64,000 bases of DNA from assembly GCA_021774615.1 (NCBI GenBank), contig JAJFIW010000036.1:37318-101317 (forward strand), given 5' to 3'. The notes below the pieces were generated by a model that was given only the letters and a program-made list of their open reading frames with translations, had not been told where the DNA came from and did no database searches. This document shows, piece after piece, positions 60,566 through 64,000 of the stretch; positions within the stretch are counted from its first letter, which is position 1; each line of letters begins with the position of its first letter. A program made the position numbers and the translations under genes. This stretch comes from Alphaproteobacteria bacterium. Its GTDB lineage: Bacteria > Pseudomonadota > Alphaproteobacteria > UBA1280 > UBA6503.

Positions 60566-62014
60566 ATGATTAGAAATAGTGATGTATTGAAAAATTTAAG
60601 TATAGCTATATTATTAGGAATATTTTCTTTGCTACCGCAAACAGTGGTAGCAGAGCTTCCTGATGTCGCATCATTGGCAGAAAAATACGCCGAAACAGTA
60701 GTCAATATAGCTACTACAACCGAGCCTAAGCCTATTGTACAAGGACAACCTCGAGGTGGTCAGCAAATGCCGCTTCCTTTCGAGGGGACTCCGTTTGAGG
60801 ACATGTTCAAGGACTTTTTTAAGAACTTCCAACCACAGCAGTCACGCCCATCACACTCTTTAGGGTCAGGTGTGGTTATTTCTACTGATGGATACGTTGT
60901 TACTAATAACCATGTTGTCGAGAAAGCAGACGATATTATAGTCCGCCTTTATGACGATACTGAGTATAAAGCTAAAGTTATTGGGACTGACTCTAAAAAC
61001 GATTTAGCACTACTTAAAATTAAACCAAAAGGCAAACTACCTTTTGCAGCTCTTGGTAACTCTGACAATATCAGAGTTGGTGAGTGGGTAGTTGCAATTG
61101 GTAACCCTTTTGGTTTGGGTGGCACTGTTACTGCTGGCATTATTAGTGCTCGTAGTCGCCATATTGGGCAAGGGCCTTACGATAACTTTTTGCAGACCGA
61201 TGCTGCAATTAACCCTGGTAATTCTGGTGGCCCATTATTTAATATGAATGGTGAGGTTATTGGTATTAATACCATGATTATGTCTAGAAGTGGTGGAAGC
61301 CAAGGTATTGGGTTTGCAATCCCAAGTAGTACAGTACAGATGATTGTAGAGCAAATAAAGGAACACGGGCACCCAATCAGAGGTTGGCTGGGGGTTAAAA
61401 TCCAAACAGTTACTAACGATATGGCAGATGCATTAGGGCTTGATAAAGGCGTGGGGGCTTTAGTTTCTGAAGTTGTTGCTGGCAGCCCTGCGGAAAAAGC
61501 CAAAATTAAAACTGGTGACCTTATCCTGACTTATGATGGTAAAACAATTAGCAAAATGGTCGAGTTACCACGTTTAGTAGCGCAAACACCTATCGGTAAT
61601 AAGGTTTCCGTTGATATATTGCGAGGTGGTGAAAATAAACAGCTAACAGTTATCATTGAGCAACTAACAGAAAAAGATATCGCTGAAAAAAGAAATATAA
61701 AACCAGTTGATAATAGCAAGTCTGCCTTAGGCATGAAACTCAGCCCGTTGACTGATCAGTTGCGCGAGCAATACCAAGTAGCAAAAGACATTAAAGGTGT
61801 TTTAGTTGTTGGGGTTGTGCATGGGAGTGCCGCACAGCAAGCAGGGGTGAGAGAAGGTGATATATTATTACGAGTAAACCGTAATAAAGTTAAAACTGTA
61901 CCAGCAGCTATTGGGTCAATTGCTGCAGATAAAGGTACAGCTGTACTTTTATTAATTAGTCGCAATGGCAGTAACACATTTATACCAGTGCGCCGCAAAA
62001 AAGATGAAAATTAA
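60566..62014 (+). CDS. DegP/DegQ (HtrA) periplasmic serine protease with two PDZ domains
   Basis: GSG, TNNHVV, DLA, QTDAAINPGNSGGPL, two PDZ domains. Confidence 0.96.
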   Translation: MIRNSDVLKNLSIAILLGIFSLLPQTVVAELPDVASLAEKYAETVVNIATTTEPKPIVQGQPRGGQQMPLPFEGTPFEDMFKDFFKNFQPQQSRPSHSLGSGVVISTDGYVVTNNHVVEKADDIIVRLYDDTEYKAKVIGTDSKNDLALLKIKPKGKLPFAALGNSDNIRVGEWVVAIGNPFGLGGTVTAGIISARSRHIGQGPYDNFLQTDAAINPGNSGGPLFNMNGEVIGINTMIMSRSGGSQGIGFAIPSSTVQMIVEQIKEHGHPIRGWLGVKIQTVTNDMADALGLDKGVGALVSEVVAGSPAEKAKIKTGDLILTYDGKTISKMVELPRLVAQTPIGNKVSVDILRGGENKQLTVIIEQLTEKDIAEKRNIKPVDNSKSALGMKLSPLTDQLREQYQVAKDIKGVLVVGVVHGSAAQQAGVREGDILLRVNRNKVKTVPAAIGSIAADKGTAVLLLISRNGSNTFIPVRRKKDEN

Positions 62015-62985
62015 TGGTAGACAATATCAATAAAACCACCGTCCGTAGGGCGGTGATTTTATTTGGCCCTACAGGATCAGGTAAAACTGCAGCTAGTTTA
62101 GAAATTGCGAAAAAATTCTCAGGGCAAATTATTAATGCCGATAGTCGCCAAATTTATAAGGAAATGCCAATTATAACGGCAATGCCTACTGCTGTTGAAC
62201 AAGGTATGGTTCCGCATCATTTATTCGAAATTCTAGAACCAGATATTTCTTTTTCGGTAACTCAATGGCTAGATTTAGCAAAACAAAAAGCAGAAGAAAT
62301 ATGGCAACAAGGCGGTATTCCTATTTTTGTTGGTGGCACTGGTTTTTACCTTAAAGTGTTAATGAAAGGGATTAGCCCTATACCAGAGGCTGACACCAAT
62401 CTTCAAACAGAGTATCAATATATTCTTGAAGAAAAGGGGATAGATGCACTTTACAAAGAGTTAGAGAACATTGACCCAGAGTGGGCAGGTAACGTTACAC
62501 CACAAGATACACAACGTATTTTGCGAGGTCTAATAGTATATAAACAAACTGGTAAGAAACTTAGCGAATGGCAGAGTGAACCATTAACAGGAGCTCTTGA
62601 TGCTGACTTTTTATGCTTGGCAATTTCACCACCTCGAGAAATTCTAAATGCTCGGATTCATAAACGTTTTTCGATGATGATTGAAAATGGAGTAGTTGAT
62701 GAAGTTCGCACCCTTTACGATAGATATATGCAAAATTTATCTAATATAAATATGTACCCAGCTCTTAAAAGCATTGGCCTTCCTATATATGCTGATTTTT
62801 TTGAAGGGCGAATTTCTCTTACTGATGCTCATGCGATTTCCGAACAACAAACCCGCCGTTATGCCAAACGCCAACGCACATGGCTTCGTAATTCTTACCC
62901 TTCTAATGCTAAAGTTTTTGAGGATGGAAATGACACAGGTGCAATTGTTAGTAGTGTGTCAAAATGGTTCCAGTCATTTGTATAA
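62014..62985 (+). CDS. miaA: tRNA dimethylallyltransferase
   Basis: GPTGSGKT, NADS.Q.Y, VPHHL, VGGTGFY, TR.YAKRQ.TW. Confidence 0.96.
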   Translation: MVDNINKTTVRRAVILFGPTGSGKTAASLEIAKKFSGQIINADSRQIYKEMPIITAMPTAVEQGMVPHHLFEILEPDISFSVTQWLDLAKQKAEEIWQQGGIPIFVGGTGFYLKVLMKGISPIPEADTNLQTEYQYILEEKGIDALYKELENIDPEWAGNVTPQDTQRILRGLIVYKQTGKKLSEWQSEPLTGALDADFLCLAISPPREILNARIHKRFSMMIENGVVDEVRTLYDRYMQNLSNINMYPALKSIGLPIYADFFEGRISLTDAHAISEQQTRRYAKRQRTWLRNSYPSNAKVFEDGNDTGAIVSSVSKWFQSFV

Positions 62986-63129
62986 ATAACACTGTTTTTA
63001 GCGTAAATAAACTTTTCTTGTGTGTATGCTTCTTGCACATTGAGCCACATACTGTTATTTTTAAAGGAAGAATTTAAAATAAAAAATATAGTTTACTTCC
63101 AATAGCAAAAAAATAAAAAAGGCGGATAA

Positions 63130-63999
<870 letters not shown>

Positions 64000-64000
64000 G

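Overview
A 64-kb, AT-leaning bacterial chromosomal window. Gene order (bamD-recN-ligA; mrp...hflK-hflC-degP/Q-miaA; mreB) points to an Alphaproteobacterium-like genome; this is an inference from synteny. No rRNA, tRNA, CRISPR array, transposase or integrase was recognised. The main functional block is an apparently complete bacterial sphingolipid (ceramide) cluster at about 22.1-42.3 kb. It holds an acyl-ACP synthetase/FAAL, a CerR-like reductase, ACP, SPT, a bCerS-like GNAT, a ceramide kinase-like protein, a CDP-alcohol transferase, a Tam41-like protein, two NTP transferases, a hydroxylase, a metallophosphoesterase, a HIT protein, a second LptF/LptG pair and two unexplained exported proteins. 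The cluster is interrupted by a 4-kb insert containing three tandem self-contained cassettes, each with a promoter, a structured leader, a small membrane protein and a double-hairpin terminator (37.56-38.88 kb). A second array at 51.3-54.85 kb carries three paralogous orphan membrane proteins and a stand-alone PolB-type 3'-5' exonuclease in related promoter/leader/terminator frames, next to a tandem-domain ThyX. Other accessory items are a pair of secreted coiled-coil/Pro-Thr/Cys-head fibre-like paralogues, a lipoprotein with a divergent SPFH-like domain, a lone system II CcsA, an indoleamine 2,3-dioxygenase homologue and an unlisted 53-aa ORF. All family calls come from motif recognition by eye; no database search was run.
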